In this document: positions 55,152 to 64,000 of the stretch, piece after piece
How the letters are laid out: every line of letters begins with the position of its first letter
Numbering within the stretch: the first letter of the stretch is position 1
NCBI GenBank assembly: GCA_944380635.1
Contig: CALWID010000001.1
Location: forward strand, 88,374-152,373
Direction: 5' to 3'
From: an uncultured Eubacterium sp.
GTDB taxonomy: Bacteria > Bacillota > Clostridia > Oscillospirales > Acutalibacteraceae
Length of the DNA: 64,000 nucleotides
The notes under the pieces: model-generated
Told to the model about the DNA's origin: nothing
Databases searched by the model: none
What the model saw: only the letters and a program-made list of their open reading frames with translations
Translations under genes and position numbers: made by a program

Positions 55152-57743
55152 ATGAAAAAGATAGTTACGGGAATTCTTGCGCATGTTGACTCTGGCAAAA
55201 CCACTCTTTCCGAGGCGTTGCTGTATCTTTCCGGCAGTATAAACAAACTTGGCAGAGTTGACCACAAAGACTCTTATTTAGATACTTTTTCGCTTGAGCG
55301 CGACCGCGGAATAACTATCTTTTCAAAACAGGCGATTTTAAATTACAAAGGCGCGCAGTTTACGCTGCTTGACACGCCAGGGCATGTTGATTTTTCCGCT
55401 GAAACGGAGCGCACATTGCAGGTGCTTGATTATGCCGTGCTTGTTATAAGCGCAACAGACGGTGTTCAGAGCCACACGCAGACTTTATGGAAACTTCTTT
55501 CAAAATACAATGTACCGTGCTTTATTTTTGTAAACAAAATGGATTTGGACGGCGCCGATAAAGAACGGGTTTTAAAGGAACTGAAAGCAAAATTCAGCGA
55601 AGGCTGCGTTGATTTCGGGCATGACGGCGAGCCTGAGTTTTTTGAAAGCATAGCGCTATGCGATGAAAGCCTGCTGAACAGGTATTATGAAAAAGATTCG
55701 CTTGATAAAAAAGATATAATAAGCGCCGTAAAAAGCAGAAAAATATTCCCCTGTATGTTTGGCTCTGCCCTTAAACTGAGCGGCGTGGAAGATTTTTTAA
55801 ACTGCCTTTACAACTACACCGAAATGCCCGAATACGGCAGCGATTTCGGCGGCAAAGTATACAAGATTTCCGAGGACAAGGGGCAAAGGCTTACCTTTTT
55901 AAAAGTTACCGGCGGCAGTCTTAAAGTTAAAGAAGTGCTTAAAAGTGATAAAAATAAAAACTCAGAAAAAGTAAACCAGATAAGAATATATTCAGGCGGA
56001 AAATTCAGCACCGAAAACGAGGTGCAGGCAGGCACGGTGTGCGCTGTTACGGGAATAAATTTTGCGCGTCCGGGCGACGGGTTAGGAACGGAAAAAAATA
56101 CCCGAACGCCCATACTTGAACCGGTATTTACTTACAGGCTTATTCTGCCGGACGGCATTGACGCTCACACGGCGCTGCTTGATATGAAAGCGCTTGAAAG
56201 CGAGGACCCGCAGTTAAAAGTTGTATGGAATGAACGGCTGGGAGAAATACAGGTACAGTTGATGGGAGATATTCAACTTGAGATACTTCAATCTGTAATT
56301 GCCGAGCGTTTTGGTTTTAACGCGTCATTTTCCAAGGGAAACATAATTTACAAAGAGACGATAGCAGAGCCTGTTGAAGGTATAGGGCATTTTGAGCCGC
56401 TCAGGCATTACGCCGAAGTTCACCTGCTGATGAAACCGGGAAAAAGAGACAGCGGACTTGTTTTTAAAAGCGACTGCAAAGAAGATGTGCTGGATAAAAA
56501 CTGGCAGCGGCTGATACTGACACACCTTTACGAAAAAACACATATCGGAGTGCTTACAGGCTCGCCGATTACAGATATGGAAATTACGCTTAAATCCGGA
56601 AAAGCGCACCCGAAACACACTGAGGGCGGCGATTTCAGGCAGGCTACTTACAGAGCGGTACGGCAGGGACTTCGCTCTGCGAAAAGCATTTTGCTTGAAC
56701 CTGTATACGAATTCACGCTTGAAGTACCGAGCGAAAATACAGGCAGGGCAATGACGGATATTCAGCGTATGCACGGAAATTTCAGCGCGCCTGAAACACT
56801 GGGCGAATTTACTGTTATAAACGGCTCCGCCCCTGTTTCCGAAATGTATGATTATGCGCGTGAAGTAATGCAGTATACCCGAGGAAAAGGCAAACTTATG
56901 TGCACATTAAAAGGCTATGAGCCGTGCCACAACGCAGCGGAAGTGATTGCAAAAGCGGGATATGACTGCGACTCCGATACGGACAATCCCTGCGACTCCG
57001 TGTTTTGCTCACACGGCGCAGGATATGTTGTAAAATGGGATGAAGTAAAAAGCCATATGCACCTGCCGAGCGTGCTTTCCGCGCCGAAGAGTGAATACAC
57101 CGATACCGGTCGCAAAAAAATGTTTGCCGGTATTAAGAACACGCGCGACTTTTTTGCGCTTGATAAAGAACTGATGCAGATTTTTGAGCAAACCTACGGG
57201 CCGATAAAAAGCCGCTCGCACGATATTAACCGCAATCATTTCACTTTTACGGAAAGCGCGCAAAGCAAAAAGTACAAATCAAAAAGCACGCAGAGATATG
57301 ACGGCACGGAATATCTGCTTGTGGACGGATATAATGTTATTTTTGCGTGGGATAACCTAAGCGATTTTGCAAAGGAAAATATTGACGGCGCAAGAAGCGC
57401 CCTTATTAATATTTTATGCAACTATCAGGGTTATAAAAAATGCGAAGTTATCCTTGTTTTTGACGCATATAAGGTTAAGGGCGCTGTGCGTGAGGTTGAA
57501 AAGGTAAACAACATTACAATTGTTTACACAAAAGAGGCGGAAACCGCCGATATGTATATAGAAAAAGCGTCTTACAAACTTGCGAAAAACAATAAAGTAA
57601 GAGTTGTTACTTCGGACGCGCTTGAGCAACTCATAATTCTCGGAAACGGCGCGCTGCGCGTTTCCTCAAGGGAATTTTTGTTTGAAGTGCAGCAAGCCGA
57701 GGAAGAAATAAGAAATATTATAAGTGAAACTTATAAAAAATAA
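55152..57743 (+). CDS. TetM/EF-G-like translational GTPase fused to a C-terminal NYN (YacP/Rae1-like) ribonuclease domain
   Basis: G1 AHVDSGKTT, RGITI, DTPGH and NKMD; C-terminal LLVDGYNVI...VFDA...ETADMYIE...VVTSD. Start moved to MKKIV. Confidence 0.9.
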   Translation: MKKIVTGILAHVDSGKTTLSEALLYLSGSINKLGRVDHKDSYLDTFSLERDRGITIFSKQAILNYKGAQFTLLDTPGHVDFSAETERTLQVLDYAVLVISATDGVQSHTQTLWKLLSKYNVPCFIFVNKMDLDGADKERVLKELKAKFSEGCVDFGHDGEPEFFESIALCDESLLNRYYEKDSLDKKDIISAVKSRKIFPCMFGSALKLSGVEDFLNCLYNYTEMPEYGSDFGGKVYKISEDKGQRLTFLKVTGGSLKVKEVLKSDKNKNSEKVNQIRIYSGGKFSTENEVQAGTVCAVTGINFARPGDGLGTEKNTRTPILEPVFTYRLILPDGIDAHTALLDMKALESEDPQLKVVWNERLGEIQVQLMGDIQLEILQSVIAERFGFNASFSKGNIIYKETIAEPVEGIGHFEPLRHYAEVHLLMKPGKRDSGLVFKSDCKEDVLDKNWQRLILTHLYEKTHIGVLTGSPITDMEITLKSGKAHPKHTEGGDFRQATYRAVRQGLRSAKSILLEPVYEFTLEVPSENTGRAMTDIQRMHGNFSAPETLGEFTVINGSAPVSEMYDYAREVMQYTRGKGKLMCTLKGYEPCHNAAEVIAKAGYDCDSDTDNPCDSVFCSHGAGYVVKWDEVKSHMHLPSVLSAPKSEYTDTGRKKMFAGIKNTRDFFALDKELMQIFEQTYGPIKSRSHDINRNHFTFTESAQSKKYKSKSTQRYDGTEYLLVDGYNVIFAWDNLSDFAKENIDGARSALINILCNYQGYKKCEVILVFDAYKVKGAVREVEKVNNITIVYTKEAETADMYIEKASYKLAKNNKVRVVTSDALEQLIILGNGALRVSSREFLFEVQQAEEEIRNIISETYKK

Positions 57744-57972
57744 CTACTAAACAAAAAAGGCAATACTGTTTTACACCCGTCTTACATATTCTTTAAACTT
57801 TTTTAATGATTTTCTCATTAATCATATTTGGTTTATTTTGTATATTAAAATTACAATTATACAATTTAATTTTAGAATAAGAAATATAATTCGTTTCTTA
57901 TGTTTTAAAAGCGAATAAAATTGGACTATAATATGTTTGTAGAAATAAATTTTATAAAAATACAGTTTTCAC

Positions 57973-58001
57973 TTTACAAATTGCAAAAACTATGTTAAGA
58001 T
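57973..58001 (+). promoter_or_regulatory. tracrRNA promoter
   Basis: TTTACA (57973-57978), 17-nt spacer, TAAGAT (57996-58001) with TG extension. Confidence 0.65.
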
Positions 58002-58006
58002 TAAAT

Positions 58007-58100
58007 TGTTCTTATGCCATACCAAAGAACATAAGGTTACTACAAAAAGGTAGAAAACCGAAAAGCTCTGACGACTCGCATTTTGCGGGTCGTTATCTTA
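58007..58100 (+). ncRNA. tracrRNA
   Basis: Anti-repeat at 58011-58046 matches the CRISPR repeat at 30/36 positions; 3' hairpin GACGACTCGCA/TGCGGGTCGTT at 58070-58094. Ends approximate. Confidence 0.88.
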
Positions 58101-58118
58101 TATTAAGGGGTAATAAGT

Positions 58119-61100
58119 ATGAAATATTCAATAGGACTTGACTGCGGCATATCATCAGTTGGTTATGCCGTGATGGCGCTTGATTCAAAAGATGAACCAT
58201 TTAAGATAATAAGACTCGGCGCAAGGATTTTCAATGCCGCCGAAAACCCAAAAGACGGCTCTTCCCTTGCCCTGCCAAGGCGTGAGGCGCGCGGCAGCAG
58301 GCGGCGCATAAGAAGGCACAGGCATAGAATTGAAAGAATCAAGTATTTTATGATTAAAAGCGGACTTTTGACCGAACACGAACTCAGCATACTTTTTACC
58401 GGGCAGTTAAGCGACATTTACATGCTTAGAACAAAAGCGCTTGACGAAAAAGTTACTAACACTGAATTTGCGAGGATACTTATTAACCTTGCCGAAAGGC
58501 GTGGCTTTAAATCAAACAGAAAAACTGAGGCAAGCGACAAAGAAGCAGGCAAGCTGCTTACCGCTGTAAGCGAAAACGAAGCGCGAATACAGAAAAACGG
58601 ATGGCGCACCGTTGGCGAAATGCTTTACAAAGATGAAAAATTTGCCAATCAAAAGCGAAACAAGGGTGAAAATTATTCAAATACCGTTTCACGCAAGATG
58701 ATTGAAAATGAAGCCAAACTTATATTTTCTGCTCAGCGAGGCTTTGGTAATCCTTTTGCAACAGAGGAAAACGAGCGTTTGTACCTGGATATACTGCTTT
58801 CCCAGCGGCCGTTTGATGTTGGCCCCGGCGCAGGCAACGCAAATTCGCCGAGCCCATACGCCGGCGACCAGATTTACAGAATGATTGGCAGCTGCACTCT
58901 TTTTCCTGAAGAAAAACGCGCTGCAAAAGCATCGTATTCTTTTCAAATGTTTAACCTGTGGCAAAACATAAACCACCTTACCCTATCTGATGAGGCGGGA
59001 AACAAATTATCATTATCAAGCGAAGAAAGGCAAATAATATACAATCTTTGCCTTAAAACGGCTAATGTTACATATAAGCGTATCAGAAAAGAACTTGGAA
59101 TAAGCGATGAATACACTTTCAATTCGCTTTCTTACGGCAGCAAAAGCGCCGAAGAGATAGAGAGCAAGTCAAAATTCAATTATCTTAATGCTTATCATGA
59201 CATCAGAAAAGCGCTTGATAAATATGAAAAAAATTATATTAAAAAATTAACGCCGGATGAACTTGACATCATCGGTACGATCTTTACAGTTTATAAGAGC
59301 GATGACAATATTATTGAAAATCTTAAAAAAGCAGGTATTGACAAGGCGCTTTATGATTATTTGCTGGAACTGAAAGGCTTTTCAAAGCACGGGCATATAT
59401 CAATAAAAGCCTGCAAAATACTGCTGCCATATTTGCAGGAGGGAATGACATATGACAAGGCTTGCGCCGCTGCAGGAATAGATTTTAAAGCTCATTCTAA
59501 AAATGAGAAAAAAGATTTTTTGCCGTCTAAATCCGATGAACTTGATGACATAACCAACCCTGTTGTAAGAAGGGCTGTTTCTAAAACAATAAAAGTTATA
59601 AACTCCATCATACACGAAATGGGCACAAGCCCGGTGTATATAAACATTGAACTTGCGCGTGAACTTTCAAAAACCGCAAAAGAGCGCAAAGAGCTTGAAA
59701 AACGAAGCAATGAAAACCGCGCGGAAAATGAAAAAATAAAAGAACGAATAATCAACGAATTCGGCATAAGATACCCTACCGGGCAGGACATAGTAAAATT
59801 CAAGTTGTGGCTTGAGCAGGACGGTATATGCCCATATTCCCAAAAACAGATAAAGGCGGAAATGCTGTTTTCAGACGGTTATGTTGATATTGACCACATT
59901 ATTCCATACAGCATAAGTTTTGATGACAGTTATAATAACAAGGTGCTTGTTTTCTCTGCGGAAAACAGACAGAAAGGAAACAGACTTCCTCTTGAATATT
60001 TGAGCGGCAATGCAAGAGATAATTTTATTGTTTGGGTAGAAAATAATGTTAAACGATTAGCCAAAAAACGCAATCTTCTTAAGGAAAAGTTGGGCGAAGA
60101 AGACCTCAGCGGATTCAAAGAGCGCAATCTTAACGACACAAAATATCTTAGCCGCCTGCTTATGAATTTTATTTCAGATAACCTTAATTTTGCGCCTTAC
60201 AGCGATGGACGCAAAAAGCATGTTATATCTGTTAACGGGCAAGCAACAGCCTATATGCGCAAACGCTGGGGAATTTCAAAAATTCGTGAAAACGGCGACC
60301 TTCACCATGCTGCGGATGCGGCTGTTATTGCCTGCGTAACGCAATCCAACATTCAAAAAATATCGATTTATTCAAAACAAAAAGAAACAAGATATACCGA
60401 ACCCGGAGAAAACGGCTCTGTTGCATTCAATGCAAAAACCGGCGAGGTTAAGGATATTTTTCCTTTGCCCTATCCGGAATTCAGAAAAGAATTGGAATAC
60501 AGGCTAAGCGATGACCCGCGCTATTACCTGCGTTTAGCCCCTCTTGGCAATTACACTTCTGAGGAAATTGAAGAGGTTAAACCGGTGTTTGTTTCAAGAA
60601 TGGCAAACAGAAAAGTTACCGGCCCCGCGCATAAGGACACAATAAGATCAAGCAAAGAATACGAACACGGATATCAAATCTCTAAAGTGCCGCTTAATAA
60701 ATTAAAACTTAATAAAGACGGTGAAATAGAAAATTATTATAATCCGGAAAGCGACCGACTGCTTTATGAGGCTCTGAAAGCGCGGCTTAAAGAATTCGGC
60801 GGAGACGGGGCAAAGGCATTCGCGAATGATGAATTTCACAAACCAAAGGCGGACGGCAGCGAGGGGCCGATAGTAAAAAAGGTTAAAATAAAAGAAAAAG
60901 CAAACGGCCGCGAGGTTAAAGTGAGCGGCGGTATTGCCGATAATGACCATATGGTAAGAATTGATGTTTTTTATGTTGAAAACGACGGCTATTATTTTGT
61001 GCCGATCTATGTTGCAGATACGGTAAAACCTAAACTGCCGAATTGCGCGTGCGTTGCGGGACACAAGCCGTGGAAGCCTATGAACGACAAGGATTTTTGT

Positions 61101-61397
61101 TTTTCACTTTACGCTAACGACCTTATAAAAATCACGGCAAAAAAGGATATGAAACTAAATTTAGAATTTGAGAAAAGTACGCTGCCAAAGGAAAAATTCG
61201 GAAACGGTATGCTGCTGTATTACACCGGTGCAAATATAAACACCGCATCAATCAGTGTAATTAATCACGATGGAGCATATTTTGTTAAAGGATTAGGAAT
61301 AAAAACATTAGTAAAGATAGAAAAATACACTGTTGATACGCTTGGCAATATACATAAAGCGCCAGTTGAAAACAGAATGAGGTTTAATAAAAAATAA
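58119..61397 (+). CDS. cas9: Type II-C Cas9 (1092 aa)
   Basis: RuvC-I YSIGLDCG, bridge helix RREARGSRRRIRR, IELARE, HNH DIDHIIPYS...N, and RuvC-III HHAADA. Confidence 0.98.
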   Translation: MKYSIGLDCGISSVGYAVMALDSKDEPFKIIRLGARIFNAAENPKDGSSLALPRREARGSRRRIRRHRHRIERIKYFMIKSGLLTEHELSILFTGQLSDIYMLRTKALDEKVTNTEFARILINLAERRGFKSNRKTEASDKEAGKLLTAVSENEARIQKNGWRTVGEMLYKDEKFANQKRNKGENYSNTVSRKMIENEAKLIFSAQRGFGNPFATEENERLYLDILLSQRPFDVGPGAGNANSPSPYAGDQIYRMIGSCTLFPEEKRAAKASYSFQMFNLWQNINHLTLSDEAGNKLSLSSEERQIIYNLCLKTANVTYKRIRKELGISDEYTFNSLSYGSKSAEEIESKSKFNYLNAYHDIRKALDKYEKNYIKKLTPDELDIIGTIFTVYKSDDNIIENLKKAGIDKALYDYLLELKGFSKHGHISIKACKILLPYLQEGMTYDKACAAAGIDFKAHSKNEKKDFLPSKSDELDDITNPVVRRAVSKTIKVINSIIHEMGTSPVYINIELARELSKTAKERKELEKRSNENRAENEKIKERIINEFGIRYPTGQDIVKFKLWLEQDGICPYSQKQIKAEMLFSDGYVDIDHIIPYSISFDDSYNNKVLVFSAENRQKGNRLPLEYLSGNARDNFIVWVENNVKRLAKKRNLLKEKLGEEDLSGFKERNLNDTKYLSRLLMNFISDNLNFAPYSDGRKKHVISVNGQATAYMRKRWGISKIRENGDLHHAADAAVIACVTQSNIQKISIYSKQKETRYTEPGENGSVAFNAKTGEVKDIFPLPYPEFRKELEYRLSDDPRYYLRLAPLGNYTSEEIEEVKPVFVSRMANRKVTGPAHKDTIRSSKEYEHGYQISKVPLNKLKLNKDGEIENYYNPESDRLLYEALKARLKEFGGDGAKAFANDEFHKPKADGSEGPIVKKVKIKEKANGREVKVSGGIADNDHMVRIDVFYVENDGYYFVPIYVADTVKPKLPNCACVAGHKPWKPMNDKDFCFSLYANDLIKITAKKDMKLNLEFEKSTLPKEKFGNGMLLYYTGANINTASISVINHDGAYFVKGLGIKTLVKIEKYTVDTLGNIHKAPVENRMRFNKK

Positions 61398-62294
61398 GTG
61401 CCGTACAGAAATATTTTTATTGCCAACCGGGCAAAACTGCGCCTTAGCAACGGGCAGTTAATAGTTGATAACGGAGAGGAATATTCTTTTCCAATAGAAG
61501 ATATAAGAAGCGTTGTTATAGACAACCCCAATTCAGTTATAACGGCAAAACTGGCGGCTTATCTCGGAAACGAGGGCGTTTGCGTTATTCTTTGCGACGA
61601 AAAACATTTACCCTGCTGCCAGCTTTTGCCAACGGGCGCTTACTGCCGAATGTTAAAAAGAATAAACCTTCAACTTGAGCAGAGCAAGCCAAAACTAAAA
61701 AACATATGGCGGCAGATTGTTATAAGAAAGATAGAGAACCAGGCAAGATGTTTGCAATTATGCGGCAAAAACAGCGAACTGCTTTTAAACATATCAAAAA
61801 CGGTTCAATCCGGCGATGTTACAAACAGAGAGGGATATGCCGCCGGTATTTATTTTAAAGAGTTGTTTGGAAATGATTTTAAAAGAAGTGATGACCGCGC
61901 CGAAAACGCTGCTCTTAATTACGGATATGCAATAATGCGCTCTTTTATTGCAAAGACCATTGCCGCTTACGGGTTAGAACCATCTATAGGAATACACCAC
62001 AAAAATCAATTAAACGCCTTTAACCTTGCCGATGATCTTATTGAACCATTCAGACCGTTGGTTGATATTGCCGTATTCAAGCATATGGATCTGAGTAAAG
62101 GATTTACAACATATGAAAAAGCATTTTTGCAAAAACTTTTAAACAGCGTTTGCCGGGTTGGCAAAGATTCATGGAGCACGGCAAAGGCTATTGAGCTTGA
62201 AGTGCAGAGCCTCATAGAAAATTTTGAAAGCAAAGAGGCAAAAAAGTTAAAGCTTCCTGAAACTGTTGACACTTCTTTTTTTGATAATGAATAA
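61398..62294 (+). CDS. cas1: Cas1 (type II)
   Basis: GTG start; NREGYAAGIYF, NAALNYGYAIMRS and HHKNQLNAFNLADDLIEPFRP motifs. Confidence 0.97.
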   Translation: MPYRNIFIANRAKLRLSNGQLIVDNGEEYSFPIEDIRSVVIDNPNSVITAKLAAYLGNEGVCVILCDEKHLPCCQLLPTGAYCRMLKRINLQLEQSKPKLKNIWRQIVIRKIENQARCLQLCGKNSELLLNISKTVQSGDVTNREGYAAGIYFKELFGNDFKRSDDRAENAALNYGYAIMRSFIAKTIAAYGLEPSIGIHHKNQLNAFNLADDLIEPFRPLVDIAVFKHMDLSKGFTTYEKAFLQKLLNSVCRVGKDSWSTAKAIELEVQSLIENFESKEAKKLKLPETVDTSFFDNE

Positions 62295-62610
62295 AAGATT
62301 TATGAGAATTTTGGTGTTTTTTGACCTGCCGGTAAAAGAAAAAGCCGCTCAAAAAGCGGCAGCTAAATTCAGAAATTTTCTTATTAAAGACGGATTTCAT
62401 ATGATGCAGTATTCTGTTTATACCCGCATATGCAACGGATATGACAGTGTTAAAACCCACGAAAACAGAGTAAGCAAAAATCTGCCTCCAAACGGCTCAA
62501 TACGAATGCTTACCATAACCGAAAAGCAGTATGAATCAATGAAGATACTGCTTGGTGAGCGAAAACAGGCAGATGAAGAAGTTAGATATGAGCAGATAAC
62601 ACTGCTTTAA
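62287..62610 (+). CDS. cas2: Cas2
   Basis: RILVFFDLPV and GFHMMQYSVYTR motifs. Start placed at MNKRF. Confidence 0.96.
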   Translation: MNKRFMRILVFFDLPVKEKAAQKAAAKFRNFLIKDGFHMMQYSVYTRICNGYDSVKTHENRVSKNLPPNGSIRMLTITEKQYESMKILLGERKQADEEVRYEQITLL

Positions 62611-62614
62611 AATG

Positions 62615-62655
62615 ATAAAAACGAGAGATAAATAAAAATTATCCCTCGTTTTTAT
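62615..62655. terminator. Probable bidirectional terminator between cas2 and the array
   Basis: 17-bp stem ATAAAAACGAGAGATAA/TTATCCCTCGTTTTTAT (1 mismatch), with A/T runs on both sides. Confidence 0.7.
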
Positions 62656-62705
62656 TTTTTTATTCCCTTGATTTTCCGCTTGGCTGAGCCAAATTTGTTC
62701 CCTAT

Positions 62706-63071
62706 ATTATACCATACCAAAGAAAATAAGGGAACTACAACTCTGGTCTTGAATGGCTTTTTTACTTTTTTATTATACCATACCAAAGAAAATAAGGGAA
62801 CTACAACATATTTTGTCGAAAGGTGGTTGGCCGTTAGATTATACCATACCAAAGAAAATAAGGGAACTACAACTGATTTAATTGACAATGCTCTCGCTAT
62901 TATATTATACCATACCAAAGAAAATAAGGGAACTACAACTTTTGTTTTCGCAAGATCGCTCATGATCGTATTATACCATACCAAAGAAAATAAGGGAACT
63001 ACAACCTTCTTGACCGTGTTTCTCGTGCTGAAAGAATTATACCATACCAAAGAAAATAAGGGAACTACAAC
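62706..63071 (-). CRISPR. CRISPR array: 6 identical 36-bp repeats and 5 spacers of 30 bp
   Basis: Repeat (minus strand) GTTGTAGTTCCCTTATTTTCTTTGGTATGGTATAAT starting at plus-strand positions 62706, 62772, 62838, 62904, 62970 and 63036. Orientation inferred from tracrRNA complementarity. Confidence 0.99.
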
Positions 63072-63186
63072 TCAGTTTTAGCAATGTTTAATTTTCTTTT
63101 TGAGGATTCTTATTAAATGTTTGGTAAGCAAATTAAAGTTGGCACGGAAATAGTTAAACATAATTATTATTTCATAAAATATACTA

Positions 63187-63897
63187 TTAATAATTGATAT
63201 CGAGTTTTTCAACTCGAGAGCGAATGGCTCCCCTGCTGCGTTTCAAACTGGCGGCAATATCCGAAACCGAAACGCCTTCCTGAAACATTGTTTTCAGCAT
63301 GAAATCATCTTCATCCGACCACGGTTTGCCGGAATTTTCTTTTGAAGAGCCGTTAAACCCGCCGTCAATTACAGCCGTAAGATTATCAACAATAAAGCGC
63401 TGTGCCTTTTCGCTGTATAAAATTCGGCGATATATGCCGTTTTTGCCTTGATACTCTTCATCATTTATTCCGATTGCCCTGCCGTTTTGCGTAACGCGCC
63501 TTTCATTTCTGCCGTTTACAACAACGGTTTTAAGAGCGTCAATACTTGCAAGCCAATTGGTTACGGCGGTAACTTTCAGTTTTTTCATATTTTGCGGTTT
63601 TACGGCATTAATTCTTTCCGTAATAACGGAAACCGTAACATCATCCGAACTGAATTCAATCTTATTTAAGTCTATTTGAGAGGGGTCAAACGCTTTTTCC
63701 TTAATTTTCTTTGCGGGCTTTAGATCAGCATTTTCAGCCACCTTGCCGAGAACATCAGCAACATAAAACAGGCACCGCGATACACGAACATCATTTATAA
63801 CATCGTTTTGAGCCGCTTCTTCTTTTGTGATAGGATTAATTCCCCTTGCAAGGTCGTCTATATAATCCTTTGCGTGGAGCAATAATTTTATATCCAT
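63187..63897 (-). CDS. Hypothetical protein, probable multi-domain DNA-binding protein
   Basis: C-terminal Myb/HTH-like GKPWSDEDDFMLKTMF...IAASLKRSRGAIRSR; central winged-helix-like segment. Start moved to MDIKL after AAAGGGG. Confidence 0.7.
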   Translation of the reverse strand: MDIKLLLHAKDYIDDLARGINPITKEEAAQNDVINDVRVSRCLFYVADVLGKVAENADLKPAKKIKEKAFDPSQIDLNKIEFSSDDVTVSVITERINAVKPQNMKKLKVTAVTNWLASIDALKTVVVNGRNERRVTQNGRAIGINDEEYQGKNGIYRRILYSEKAQRFIVDNLTAVIDGGFNGSSKENSGKPWSDEDDFMLKTMFQEGVSVSDIAASLKRSRGAIRSRVEKLDINY

Positions 63898-63945
63898 AAT
63901 ATAGTCCCCTTTCATAAAAACAGGTTTCTTTGAATAAAGGAAATC

Positions 63946-63978
63946 GGTAAAGCGTTTACTTTGACTGAGGGATTGTTA
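63946..63978 (+). repeat. Partial copy of the REP-like repeat
   Basis: GGTAAAGCGTTTACTTTGACTGAGGGATTGTTA versus the reverse complement of 45011-45042, GGCAAAGCGCAGCTTTGACTGAGGGATTGTTA. Confidence 0.75.
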
Positions 63979-64000
63979 CTTATTTTTTGGGTTTTTATAT

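Noticed and set aside
55152-57743. Calling the GTPase a tetracycline resistance gene (tetM/tetW/tetO)
   Set aside because: It is about 220 aa longer than ribosomal protection proteins because of the NYN domain, and no leader peptide or mobile-element context is visible. Resistance cannot be inferred.
57936-58046. Natural single-guide long tracrRNA: TTTGTAG (57936-57942) could pair with CTACAAA (58040-58046)
   Set aside because: The 7-bp match is in AT-rich DNA and overlaps the likely start site of the upstream promoter, leaving no guide segment 5' of it; no target was seen.
62742-63035. Self-targeting spacers
   Set aside because: No match to any of the five spacers was noticed elsewhere in the window by eye. 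This is not a rigorous search, and the rest of the genome is unseen.
62652-63081. ORF-track entries 62652..63050 and 62668..63081 with periodic peptides
   Set aside because: They are translations of the CRISPR repeats and spacers (66-bp period, a multiple of 3), not genes.
164-63669. Numerous 60-200 aa ORFs antisense to or nested within well-supported genes (for example 2753..3343, 7634..8122, 33266..33877, 51577..52062)
   Set aside because: Shadow ORFs: no recognisable motifs or RBS, and fully explained by the codon structure of the real gene on the other strand or frame.

Overview
64 kb of bacterial chromosome from a Clostridia-type (probably Oscillospirales-like) anaerobe; the taxonomy is inferred from gene content only. 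The left half is almost all on the minus strand and holds housekeeping operons: trmH-dprA-topA-trmFO-plsX-rnc-radical SAM-smc, infC-rpmI-rplT with an L20 leader, pyk-mltG-thyA-folA, and glyA-tagF-like pair-aminotransferase-trpS. Embedded at 14.4-19.3 kb is a self-contained five-gene operon: tandem-SCP2-like protein, FumI-like class III aminotransferase, split transketolase with altered active-site residues, and a second tandem-SCP2-like protein. I propose it as a candidate undescribed pathway that cleaves or builds long-chain 2-amino-1,3-diols (sphingoid bases). The right half mixes core genes (cysK, tcdA, ymfF/ymfH, lgt, folD, uppP) with accessory ones. These include a PadR-controlled membrane protein, glycoside hydrolase-like genes, a REP-like palindromic repeat cluster, a subtilase-LRR surface protein followed by an unannotated 35-aa YxxP micropeptide, and a TetM/EF-G-like GTPase fused to a NYN/YacP nuclease domain. 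A complete type II-C CRISPR-Cas9 locus follows (tracrRNA, cas9, cas1, cas2, 6 repeats and 5 spacers). No rRNA or tRNA genes were seen. All family assignments are by motif recognition, without database searches.
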